Source of the DNA: Crocinitomicaceae bacterium | GTDB lineage: Bacteria; Bacteroidota; Bacteroidia; Flavobacteriales_D; Crocinitomicaceae | Direction of reading: 5' to 3' | Assembly: GCA_043720875.1 (NCBI GenBank) | Contig: JAYSRU010000196.1 | Span: 2,971-66,970 of the forward strand | DNA: 64,000 bases | Part shown: positions 28,752 to 37,201 of the stretch, one piece after another | Position numbering within the stretch: position 1 is the stretch's first letter | How the letters are laid out: each line of letters starts with the position of its first letter | Position numbers and translations under genes: made by a program | The notes under the pieces: generated by a model | What the model saw: the letters and a program-made list of their open reading frames with translations, nothing else | Told to the model about the DNA's origin: nothing | The model's database searches: none

Positions 28752-28787
28752 AACCTTATTCAAGAATATTGGATAAGGTTTTTTTTA
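28752..28787 (+). terminator. Rho-independent terminator
   Basis: 8-bp stem AACCTTAT / ATAAGGTT (28752..28759, 28773..28780) followed by T7. Lies between convergent genes. Confidence 0.65.
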
Positions 28788-30014
28788 TGACTTAAAACTC
28801 ATCTTAAAACATGTCCCAGTGTGCTGAGTGAATTCGAATTTTGCTTCAAGTTGTTCTGCTAAGCCTTCGATAACGGTCATACCTAATGAACTTTTTTCGT
28901 TATAGTTGTCGGGTAATCCTACTCCGTTGTCACACACCATTAAATGTAAATCACCTTGCTTCTTTTCAAAACTCACGTGTATCATTCCTTTATTTCGATC
29001 TTTAAATGCATGCTTATAACAATTTGTTAAAAGCTCATTCAAAATTAACCCACAAGGAATGGCATCATCAATGGCGACTGTCGAGTCTTGAAAATTAGTG
29101 GTTACAGTTATTGAACCGGAAACCTCCGGATACGATGAATTAATTTCTTCAATGAGCAGCGTCGCGAAATTGGGGAAGTTTAATGATGTGAGACTATCAT
29201 CTTTATACAATTGATTGTGAATTAAAGCCATAGACCGCACTCTGTTTCTACTCTCTACTAAGACATTCTTTGCGTCTTCATGTAAATCGTCATTTATTTT
29301 CAAATTAAATAAACTAGAAATTATGGCTAAATTATTTTTAACGCGATGATGCAATTCTGCAATCAACGTGTTTTTTTCATTTAATGCATTTGCTGTAATT
29401 TGTTCTGTCTTAATACTCTCCGATAATAATAATTGAAACATTTCTTTTTCCTTTTCTCGATTCCGAACCATTAAGTAAACAAAAAAACCAAGGCTTGAAA
29501 AACTAAACGTGATATTGAAAACAAACATTACTTGACGCATTTCATTTGTTAAAAACTGACTACTGAATAGTTTGTAATCGGTTATAGCATTGGTTATAAT
29601 GAAGGTGAGAATTAATAAAAAATGAAATGCAACATACCGTTTTTCAGATTTCCAGTCGTATAAAAAAGCTACAGCGAATACAAGCGGGAAATGATATAAA
29701 TAGGTTCCTGAATTGAAGCCAGAATATGAATCGAAGTAAAAAATGCTGCAATTTATTGACGTAAATAAGAAAAACGTACTCAAGCGATGGACACCTACTT
29801 TTTGTAAAAAGAAGCAGAACAATCCTACTAGAATCATTCCTTCTAAAAGAATAGCGGAAAAAGTGTCTCCTAAACTATAGTTGTTCAAGCCGCTGAACCC
29901 ATAAATAAGAATGGAAAGTACATTATATTGATTCGTTAAAATTATACGATCTTTCAGTCCTTCATCATTGGAAGGATGGACTCCAATACGAGTAATGGTT
30001 TTCCAGATATTCAT
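28785..30014 (-). CDS. Membrane sensor histidine kinase, HisKA_2/HWE-like H-box
   Basis: 409 aa. Polytopic N-terminus, H-box ELHHRVKNNLAIISSLFNL, N-box LILNELLTNCYKHA, G-box VCDNGVGLP. Starts 5 nt after the PP2C gene stop. Confidence 0.8.
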   Translation of the reverse strand: MNIWKTITRIGVHPSNDEGLKDRIILTNQYNVLSILIYGFSGLNNYSLGDTFSAILLEGMILVGLFCFFLQKVGVHRLSTFFLFTSINCSIFYFDSYSGFNSGTYLYHFPLVFAVAFLYDWKSEKRYVAFHFLLILTFIITNAITDYKLFSSQFLTNEMRQVMFVFNITFSFSSLGFFVYLMVRNREKEKEMFQLLLSESIKTEQITANALNEKNTLIAELHHRVKNNLAIISSLFNLKINDDLHEDAKNVLVESRNRVRSMALIHNQLYKDDSLTSLNFPNFATLLIEEINSSYPEVSGSITVTTNFQDSTVAIDDAIPCGLILNELLTNCYKHAFKDRNKGMIHVSFEKKQGDLHLMVCDNGVGLPDNYNEKSSLGMTVIEGLAEQLEAKFEFTQHTGTCFKMSFKS

Positions 30015-30019
30015 AGCCC

Positions 30020-31450
30020 TTAAATTAGTTGGATACCCACTACTAAAACATCATCTGTTTGTTCTTCATTTTTTTTCCACTCATTAAATGTATGCGCAAC
30101 CTTTTCTCTTTGCTCAACAAATGGGAGGCCTCTATGATTGGTCAACATTTCTTGTAAGGGCTTATACCTGAATTTTTTACCAAGTTCACCGCCAAATTGA
30201 TCAGGATATCCATCAGAAAATAAATAAAGTATATCGCCAGCAATAATTTTTACTTGATGATTAGTAAATGCTATAGGGTGTGGGTAAAAACCACACGGTT
30301 GTTTATCACAAGCTAATTTTTCAATTTCATTTGCGCCTGCACGAAGTAAAATCGAAGTGTTATTTGCGGAAGCATATTCCAAAATAGAAGTGGCTTTGTC
30401 AAAGCAACAAAGTATTAAATCCATTCCATCTTTACTTTGATCTTCGTCTTGCCCTTGACGTAATGCTTTTGTAATTTTACTTCTTACTATTTCTAACAGT
30501 TCAGCCGGATTAGCATTTTCATTGGACCGTATTGCATCTTCTAAAAAAGTGGAAGCTAACATGCTCATAAATCCTCCGGGCACGCCGTGACCAGTGCAAT
30601 CTGCTACAGCAAAGTGCGTCTTACCATTAAGCTCAAACCTCCAGTAGAAATCGCCACTTACAATGTCTTTTGGGTTAAAAAAAACAAAGCCATCAGAAAA
30701 TGAGCTTAAAAACTCTTGTTCTGATGGGATTATAGCCGACTGAATTCGTTTTGCGTAAGTAATGCTATCTGTAATTTCTTTATTTTTTATTGATAATACA
30801 TCTTTTTGATGCAATATTTCTTTCGACTGAACGGTTATGGTCACATTTTCTCGTTCAATGATTTCCTTAGATTTGGCAAGCTGCAATCTGCTACGAATTT
30901 CATTAAAGGTAAGTTTGTATCGCGTCCTGATAAGGAATAAACTAAACAGAGCGACCGTTAACACTAGTAATCCACCATTGATAACGAATTCAGAAATTGT
31001 TAGATTGCTGTTTGCTGTGTAGAAAATTATGTTACTGATTACGGTCGCTATCACTAAGATTATTGAAAATTTTAATTCCCATAAAACTAACATGCCAGCA
31101 CCAATGAATAAAACTAAATAGGCGATTGCGTGTTGCTGTAAATGGGCTAAATCCATAACGCTCCACATAAATGCATTTTGGATTGAAATTCCCAGTACTA
31201 GAATAAACATACAAGCGTAAATATCAATTTTTGAGTAGCGTCTAGTAGTAACCGCCACAAGGGCAATCGCACTTACCGCAAAACGAACACCTAAAAAAGT
31301 ATAGGCGTATGCCGGCAATACAAACAAATCACTAATGAACCAAACAAGATTTAACCCGACTCCAACGAGACATGTGATGACATGAAAATTTTCGGTTGTT
31401 TTGTTAAACTCATTTTTGATTTCGTGTTGTGGAATAATTAAATCGTTCAT
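30020..31450 (-). CDS. Membrane-anchored SpoIIE/PP2C-family Ser/Thr phosphatase
   Basis: 476 aa. About 190-aa multi-TM N-terminus, coiled-coil linker, PP2C motifs (SGDFYW, VADCTGHGVPGG, SDGYPDQFGG, DDVLVVG). Confidence 0.85.
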   Translation of the reverse strand: MNDLIIPQHEIKNEFNKTTENFHVITCLVGVGLNLVWFISDLFVLPAYAYTFLGVRFAVSAIALVAVTTRRYSKIDIYACMFILVLGISIQNAFMWSVMDLAHLQQHAIAYLVLFIGAGMLVLWELKFSIILVIATVISNIIFYTANSNLTISEFVINGGLLVLTVALFSLFLIRTRYKLTFNEIRSRLQLAKSKEIIERENVTITVQSKEILHQKDVLSIKNKEITDSITYAKRIQSAIIPSEQEFLSSFSDGFVFFNPKDIVSGDFYWRFELNGKTHFAVADCTGHGVPGGFMSMLASTFLEDAIRSNENANPAELLEIVRSKITKALRQGQDEDQSKDGMDLILCCFDKATSILEYASANNTSILLRAGANEIEKLACDKQPCGFYPHPIAFTNHQVKIIAGDILYLFSDGYPDQFGGELGKKFRYKPLQEMLTNHRGLPFVEQREKVAHTFNEWKKNEEQTDDVLVVGIQLI

Positions 31451-31523
31451 CTGCGGGGATAGTAGTGAATTAAGTCACGAAAGGTAATGAAATTAACGGA
31501 AATATGTTTACCGAGGTAAGCTT

Positions 31524-31688
31524 TTACTGAGTTTAGGTAAATTTTACCATTACTGAAAGTTGTTTTTATTCTTACTTAATACTATTGTTACTGAATACAA
31601 TACAAGCTAAGCCTTTGTAAATCAAGTTTTTATTATAATTGTTTGCGTGATTCATGCCTTTTTTATCGTTCGTCGAAAGTTTCAGTAA
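31524..31688. repeat. Four copies of the heptamer TTACTGA in the leader of the PP2C-kinase operon
   Basis: Direct copies at 31524..31530, 31550..31556 and 31588..31594. One inverted copy at 31682..31688. Copy 2 (TTACTGAAAGTT) and the inverted copy (TTACTGAAACTT) match at 11 of 12. Confidence 0.5.
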
Positions 31689-31807
31689 GTTCAAACGAAT
31701 ATATAGGATTGTTTGCCGAATAAATTGAAAATAAACTTTCAATTAGTTGTAAATACGTGATTTGGGCCTTAATTTTACACACTTAGGTGGTTAGGTTAGG
31801 TTGATAA

Positions 31808-31844
31808 AAGAATAGGAATTGCACAATATGTAGTTCCTATTCTT
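31808..31844 (-). terminator. Terminator hairpin downstream of the HAD hydrolase gene
   Basis: 11-bp perfect stem AAGAATAGGAA / TTCCTATTCTT (31808..31818, 31834..31844), 15-nt loop, U-rich sequence after the stem on both strands. Confidence 0.55.
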
Positions 31845-31895
31845 GTTTTACAACCGTTTTAAGTATTCAAAGCGATTTAGAACTACCGAACGAGT

Positions 31896-32606
31896 TTAAA
31901 GAAGTTGCATCTTGCCAACTAATAGGGGCAATTGATCAAAATCAGAAAATCCTCGTCCTTTTAGTTGAAATTGCATGGTCAAATGCGGAGTGAAATGTAA
32001 AGCCTCCATTTGTGCATTTAATGCACCAGAAATGTCGTTTTGCTGGTCGTCACCAATCATAATAGATTCAGGCGCTTTTGCCTTGGCTAAGTTAAGTGCA
32101 TGACTAAAAATACCTTTTTTGGGTTTATGAAATTCAGTGTCTTCACTACAAACAACCACGTCAAAAAATGAGGATAAACCACTCTCTTGAATTTTTATTT
32201 CTTGAACTTCTCGAAATCCATTGGTGATAATGTGTTGAGCATAACCCTCACGTTGAAAGTGAGTCAGTGTTTCAATGACGTTTGGAAACAATACGGTTTG
32301 CCTTGGGGACTCACTTAAATAGAATTTTGAAAGTGAGCAAATAAATGCTTGGTCAACGTCACCTAGGTTGGTCAACGCACGCTTGAATCGTTCGGTTCTT
32401 AGCGTCACCTTATCCATTTTCCCTCGCCCCAATTCAACCCATAATTCGTGATTATGTTTTTCGTAAGCGGTAATGAAATCTGAAATTTCCGAAAAATATG
32501 TCTTGAGGTTGAATGCGTCGTACATATGTTTTAATGCCACACGAGAATTTGTTTCAAAATCCCACAATGTTCGGTCAAGGTCGTAAAAAAGGTGTTTATA
32601 TTTCAA
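31896..32606 (-). CDS. HAD-superfamily hydrolase, YjjG-like pyrimidine nucleotidase
   Basis: 236 aa. Motif I FYDLDRTLWD, motif III K (HKPKK), motif IV GDDQQND. TTG start overlaps the upstream stop (TTGA). Confidence 0.75.
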   Translation of the reverse strand: MKYKHLFYDLDRTLWDFETNSRVALKHMYDAFNLKTYFSEISDFITAYEKHNHELWVELGRGKMDKVTLRTERFKRALTNLGDVDQAFICSLSKFYLSESPRQTVLFPNVIETLTHFQREGYAQHIITNGFREVQEIKIQESGLSSFFDVVVCSEDTEFHKPKKGIFSHALNLAKAKAPESIMIGDDQQNDISGALNAQMEALHFTPHLTMQFQLKGRGFSDFDQLPLLVGKMQLL

Positions 32607-33049
32607 CTGAAAACGAAATATGCTAAGCCAGTGGTGATAAAACCCATGACACCAATTCCTAAAAGAATAAGAGGGTAGGTAACCTGGCGTTTGCCATAAA
32701 ACTTTGCAGTAATGATAGTTCCAATGGGTATAGATAAGAAAAATGGGGCGAGAAAGGTCACGCCAACAATACCAACATTTCGTTTCATCTTCACCACCAA
32801 TTTGTTCGTTTTTGTAAATACCTTTTTCTTCACATTTGTTCCATCGACTAACGATTTCTGCTTTTTTTCCGCTGCACGTTTGAAGAAAAATTCACTTGCA
32901 AAATAAAAAATAGTCGAACTCAAAATAGCACCAGATATACTTGCTAAATAGGTTTCAATAAAATTTAACCCTAATGCAGGTCCACCAAAAGGAGCAAACA
33001 TGAATTTTATCATGGAAAGACCGAAAACACCTAATAGTTTTGCCCACAT
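32603..33049 (-). CDS. Small polytopic membrane protein (hypothetical)
   Basis: 148 aa, four hydrophobic segments with a basic central loop. Sits between upp and the HAD gene in one transcription unit. Confidence 0.55.
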   Translation of the reverse strand: MWAKLLGVFGLSMIKFMFAPFGGPALGLNFIETYLASISGAILSSTIFYFASEFFFKRAAEKKQKSLVDGTNVKKKVFTKTNKLVVKMKRNVGIVGVTFLAPFFLSIPIGTIITAKFYGKRQVTYPLILLGIGVMGFITTGLAYFVFS

Positions 33050-33052
33050 AAA

Positions 33053-33700
33053 TTATAATTTTACGCCAAATGCCAAATCCCCTGCATCACCTAATCCAGG
33101 TACAATGTAAGATTGTGCGGTTAATTCTTGGTCTAATGCACCGATCCAAATGTGCGTATTTTCTTTTAAATGTCCTCGAAGGTGAGAAATTGCCTCAGGG
33201 GCCGCTATAGCAGCAACGATGTGAACTTGACTTGGATTGCCGATTCGCATCAGTTCTTTGTAAACTTTGAGCATTGAACTACCTGAAGCTAACATGGGGT
33301 CAGAGATTATTAACACTTTATCCGTTAAATCTGGAATAGCCATATATTCAACCCTAATATCAAAGTCTTCTGCTGTATGGTGTTTTCTGTAGGCAGAAAC
33401 AAAAGCTGATTCTGCACGATCGAAATAATTCAACAATCCTCGATGTAATGGTAAGCCAGCTCTCAGTATAGTTGCCAATACAGGTTGATGTTTCAAAAGC
33501 TTTGTGTGATCAAAACCCAGTGGCGTCTCAATATCTGTTTCAACGAATGTCAAGTGTTTCGATATTTCTAGGGCCATACATTCTCCAATACGTTCCAAAT
33601 TTCTTCTAAAGCGCATGGCATCTCGTTGGATTTCAACATCTCGTAATTCTGCTAAGAAATGATTAAAAACGCTTGGATTATCTGATAAGTTATGAATCAT
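33053..33700 (-). CDS. upp: Uracil phosphoribosyltransferase
   Basis: PRPP-binding motif VLIISDPMLASGSS and C-terminal YIVPGLGDAGD. Start set to ATG 33698..33700. Confidence 0.9.
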   Translation of the reverse strand: MIHNLSDNPSVFNHFLAELRDVEIQRDAMRFRRNLERIGECMALEISKHLTFVETDIETPLGFDHTKLLKHQPVLATILRAGLPLHRGLLNYFDRAESAFVSAYRKHHTAEDFDIRVEYMAIPDLTDKVLIISDPMLASGSSMLKVYKELMRIGNPSQVHIVAAIAAPEAISHLRGHLKENTHIWIGALDQELTAQSYIVPGLGDAGDLAFGVKL

Positions 33701-33903
33701 AATTATAAGTGTGATCATTTAATCACGTGCTAAGTTAGTTTTTTTCTCAACTTACTTATGTACATTCTAAACTTTGGTGTTAAAAAATGTAAATAGTTGC
33801 GTGTTTAATTTTTATGGGGTCATTCAATGCTCTGCTAATATTCCATGTAATAACAAATATCTTAAAAAATCTAAAAACATGTCAATTTGTCATTCTTGCT
33901 AAT

Positions 33904-33911
33904 TATCTTTG
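33904..33911 (+). promoter_or_regulatory. -7 promoter box (TATCTTTG) for miaB
   Basis: Perfect TAnnTTTG, 41 nt upstream of ATG 33953. TTG elements lie upstream at non-ideal spacing. Confidence 0.4.
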
Positions 33912-33952
33912 TTTGCCTGAATTAAATCAGTAGCGCCAAAAACAATAATCCA

Positions 33953-35377
33953 ATGCAGCACGACGAATCGAAGCAGGGTACCGCCACATTGCTTGAAGAG
34001 CAATCCCAAAATGGGAGTAAAAAGTTATTTTTAGAAAGTTATGGTTGTGCAATGAATTTCGCAGATTCTGAAGTTGTTGCCTCAATATTGCATAAAGCGG
34101 GATATTCAACCACGAAAAATGAAGAAGAAGCCGATTTAATTTTATTGAATACGTGCTCTATTCGAGATAATGCAGAGTTGAGAGTACGTAAGAGATTAAC
34201 AGAATTTAAAAAGTTAAAACAAGTAAATCAAAACCTTGTTGTTGGTATGCTTGGTTGTATGGCAGAGCGATTGAAGCATGACTTACTTGAGGAAGAAAAA
34301 TTGGTAGATATTGTTGCTGGACCTGATTCATACAGAGCTTTACCGTTGTTGATTGAAGAAGTACATGGTGGACAACGCGCAGTGAATGTCTTACTTTCTC
34401 GCGATGAAACGTATGCCGATATTAGTCCAGTTAGACTCCAAAGTAACGGAGTTAGTGCGTATGTGAGTATCACAAGAGGATGTGACAACATGTGTTCATT
34501 TTGTGTGGTTCCCTTTACGCGTGGTAGAGAACGTAGCCGTGATCCTGAAACGATTGTAAAAGAATGTACCGACTTATTTGCAGATGGTTACAGAGAAGTT
34601 GTACTCTTAGGGCAAAACGTAGATTCGTATCGCTGGAACATTACAAGTAAAGGTGAAATAGTCAACGCAGCCATCGAGACATGTAATTTTGCAAATTTGT
34701 TACACCGTGTTGCGTCAATATCACCAGAATTACGAGTGCGTTTTTCAACATCGCATCCAAAGGATTTAACCGATGAGGTAATCGAAACAATGTCGAAACA
34801 AACCAATATTTGTCCATCCATTCATTTGCCAGTTCAATCAGGATCTTCTGAAGTATTGCAACGCATGAACAGAGGATATTCAAGAGAATGGTATTTGGAT
34901 AGAATTTTAGCTATTCGAAGAATTATTCCGCATTGTGCGATCACTACGGACATTATAACTGGGTTTTGTGGAGAAACTGAAGAACAACATAAAGAAACAT
35001 TATCTCTCATGGAGGCAGTTCGTTTTGATTTTGGATACATGTATAAATATTCAGAACGCCCAAAAACATTGGCAGAACGTAAGTTTGAAGACGATGTAAC
35101 GGAAACGGATAAAAGTCGAAGATTAGATGAAATTATGAAATTACAACGGGTACATTCCACTTTATCGCATCAACAAGATGTGGGAAAAATTTGTACTGTA
35201 TTGATAGAAAATTTTTCTAAAAAATCAAAAAATGATTACCAAGGAAGGAATGAGGGGAACAATGTTGTGGTATTTCCCATTGGGAAAACAAAAATAGGAG
35301 AATACGCTAAAGTATTAATAACGTCATGCACGTCTAATACTTTGTTAGGTCATGAATTGAATTCAGTTGATCAATAA
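33953..35377 (+). CDS. miaB: tRNA-2-methylthio-N6-dimethylallyladenosine synthase
   Basis: 474 aa. UPF0004 N-domain Cys residues, radical-SAM CDNMCSFC, C-terminal TRAM domain. Confidence 0.9.
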   Translation: MQHDESKQGTATLLEEQSQNGSKKLFLESYGCAMNFADSEVVASILHKAGYSTTKNEEEADLILLNTCSIRDNAELRVRKRLTEFKKLKQVNQNLVVGMLGCMAERLKHDLLEEEKLVDIVAGPDSYRALPLLIEEVHGGQRAVNVLLSRDETYADISPVRLQSNGVSAYVSITRGCDNMCSFCVVPFTRGRERSRDPETIVKECTDLFADGYREVVLLGQNVDSYRWNITSKGEIVNAAIETCNFANLLHRVASISPELRVRFSTSHPKDLTDEVIETMSKQTNICPSIHLPVQSGSSEVLQRMNRGYSREWYLDRILAIRRIIPHCAITTDIITGFCGETEEQHKETLSLMEAVRFDFGYMYKYSERPKTLAERKFEDDVTETDKSRRLDEIMKLQRVHSTLSHQQDVGKICTVLIENFSKKSKNDYQGRNEGNNVVVFPIGKTKIGEYAKVLITSCTSNTLLGHELNSVDQ

Positions 35378-35404
35378 TATACTATTAAAATTAATTCGAA
35401 CAGA

Positions 35405-36676
35405 ATGAACTTACAACAAATTAAACAGCGTTTTGGCATTATCGGAAATGCACCGGGGCTGAACCGTGCATTAGAAGTTGCGGCGCAGGTTGCTGAAACG
35501 GATATTTCTGTACTTGTGACCGGAGAAAGTGGTACTGGAAAAGAATTTATCCCACAGGTTATTCATCAATTGAGTGCTAGAAAACACAAAGAATATATAG
35601 CTGTGAATTGCGGAGCCATCCCTGAAGGCACAATAGATTCTGAGCTTTTTGGTCACGAAAAAGGTTCTTTTACCGGGGCTGCGGGTAGTCGTCAGGGTTA
35701 CTTTGAAGTCGCCGACGGTGGAACGATTTTTTTAGATGAGATTGCTGAATTACCTATGCAAACACAAGTTCGATTGTTGCGGGTGCTTGAAACAGGTGAA
35801 TTTATCCGTGTCGGGTCCAGTAAAGCAATGAAATGTAATGTTAGGGTGGTTGCTGCAACGAATGAAAACATGAGTAAAGCGATCGCCAATGGAAAATTTA
35901 GAGAAGATTTATTATATCGTTTAAGTACCGTCCCAATTCAATTGCCAGCACTTCGTCAGCGGAAAGAAGATATTAATCTTTTGTTTAGAAAATTCGCAAA
36001 TGACTTTGCGGAAAAATACAGAATACCAACTATTAAATTGGATGATGATGCCCAAATTTTGCTTCAAAACTTTAATTGGCCTGGAAATATTCGACAACTT
36101 AAAAATTTGGTCGAACAAATTTCGGTAATTGAAAAGGAGCGTGATATTGACGGTGAAATGTTACGTAGTTATTTACCAATTGTGGAGGAAACTCTACCAA
36201 TATTTGGTCGTGCAAATGAAGACAGCATAAATGAACGGGATTTAATGTACAAGTTCTTGTTTGATATGAAAAGTGATTTATCCGATTTGAAAAAATTAGT
36301 GGTCGAATTACTTAAGCAAGGTGAGGGAGGTATTAAACTCACTTCTGATCAAAATAATTATGTTAATAGAATGTATAACGAAATGGAATTGCGTATTGAT
36401 GGAGAGATAAATCATGCATTACCACAAGTGAGCAATTCAACGCCACCTAGCCATCAAGAATCTATTTCTATAGATGCAAGAAATCAGGAAGTCGATAATG
36501 AGTATGAAGTTCATGAAGAAATAGAAGAATCACTTTCCTTAGAAGATAGGGAGAAAGAGTTGATCTTAAAGGCATTGGAAAAACATAAAGGCCGCCGAAA
36601 AAATGCAGCATTGGAATTGGGTATTTCTGAGCGAACCCTATACCGCAAAATAAACGAATACGAATTGAAAGCATGA
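35405..36676 (+). CDS. Sigma-54-dependent transcriptional activator lacking any N-terminal sensory/receiver domain
   Basis: 423 aa. The AAA+ module starts at the N-terminus (Walker A TGESGTGKEF near residue 40; GAFTGA-type loop EKGSFTGA). A roughly 130-aa acidic linker follows, then a Fis-type HTH (ERTLYRKINEY). Confidence 0.85.
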   Translation: MNLQQIKQRFGIIGNAPGLNRALEVAAQVAETDISVLVTGESGTGKEFIPQVIHQLSARKHKEYIAVNCGAIPEGTIDSELFGHEKGSFTGAAGSRQGYFEVADGGTIFLDEIAELPMQTQVRLLRVLETGEFIRVGSSKAMKCNVRVVAATNENMSKAIANGKFREDLLYRLSTVPIQLPALRQRKEDINLLFRKFANDFAEKYRIPTIKLDDDAQILLQNFNWPGNIRQLKNLVEQISVIEKERDIDGEMLRSYLPIVEETLPIFGRANEDSINERDLMYKFLFDMKSDLSDLKKLVVELLKQGEGGIKLTSDQNNYVNRMYNEMELRIDGEINHALPQVSNSTPPSHQESISIDARNQEVDNEYEVHEEIEESLSLEDREKELILKALEKHKGRRKNAALELGISERTLYRKINEYELKA

Positions 36677-37197
36677 TAAAGTTAACTTACATGATTGTGC
36701 TATGTTCAACAATAGTCTGCTGCTTAAGTTCATGTTGGCCAAGCAGTGTTTCATTTAACGATGGAGGGTCGATGCCGATAGAATGGAAGTTTTTTGTGGT
36801 AAAAAACATTGAAAATAGTGCCAGTAATTCGCCCCTAAGTTATCCACTATTATTAACGGATGATTTGAAAACAGGTATTCAAAATAACACGAAACTTCAA
36901 TTAGCAAGTGGGCTAAACAAGCCTCAGATCAACATTGAAGGAAAAGTTGTTTCGTATACTATTTCTCCAGTGGCTTTGCAGGTGGGGGATAATGCCGCTC
37001 AAAATAGATTAACCATTAGTGCAAGTTTTGAAATTTTTGTTTCAGAACCAAAGGAAGAAAAATACTTCTTAAATGTGGCGCGTTTTGCGGATTATAGTTC
37101 GAGTCAAGATTTACCAACTGTAGAAGCGCAACTCATTGAAGTGATCAATAAACAAATAGTGCAAGACGTGGTAAATAAATTACTTTCTAACTGGTAG
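36673..37197 (+). CDS. LptE-like outer-membrane lipoprotein
   Basis: 174 aa. Lipobox-like LSSC, ATGA overlap with the upstream gene. The assignment rests mainly on recalled conserved synteny (miaB, sigma-54 regulator, lptE, secG, groESL) in Flavobacteriia. Confidence 0.5.
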   Translation: MIKLTYMIVLCSTIVCCLSSCWPSSVSFNDGGSMPIEWKFFVVKNIENSASNSPLSYPLLLTDDLKTGIQNNTKLQLASGLNKPQINIEGKVVSYTISPVALQVGDNAAQNRLTISASFEIFVSEPKEEKYFLNVARFADYSSSQDLPTVEAQLIEVINKQIVQDVVNKLLSNW

Positions 37198-37201
37198 AAT
37201 T

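Noticed and set aside
31783-31803. TTAGG-type short tandem pattern (TTAGGTGGTTAGGTTAGGTTG) in the PP2C operon leader.
   Set aside because: Only about three imperfect units with no flanking structure or partner. Too short to call a repeat element or a telomere-like or recombination site.
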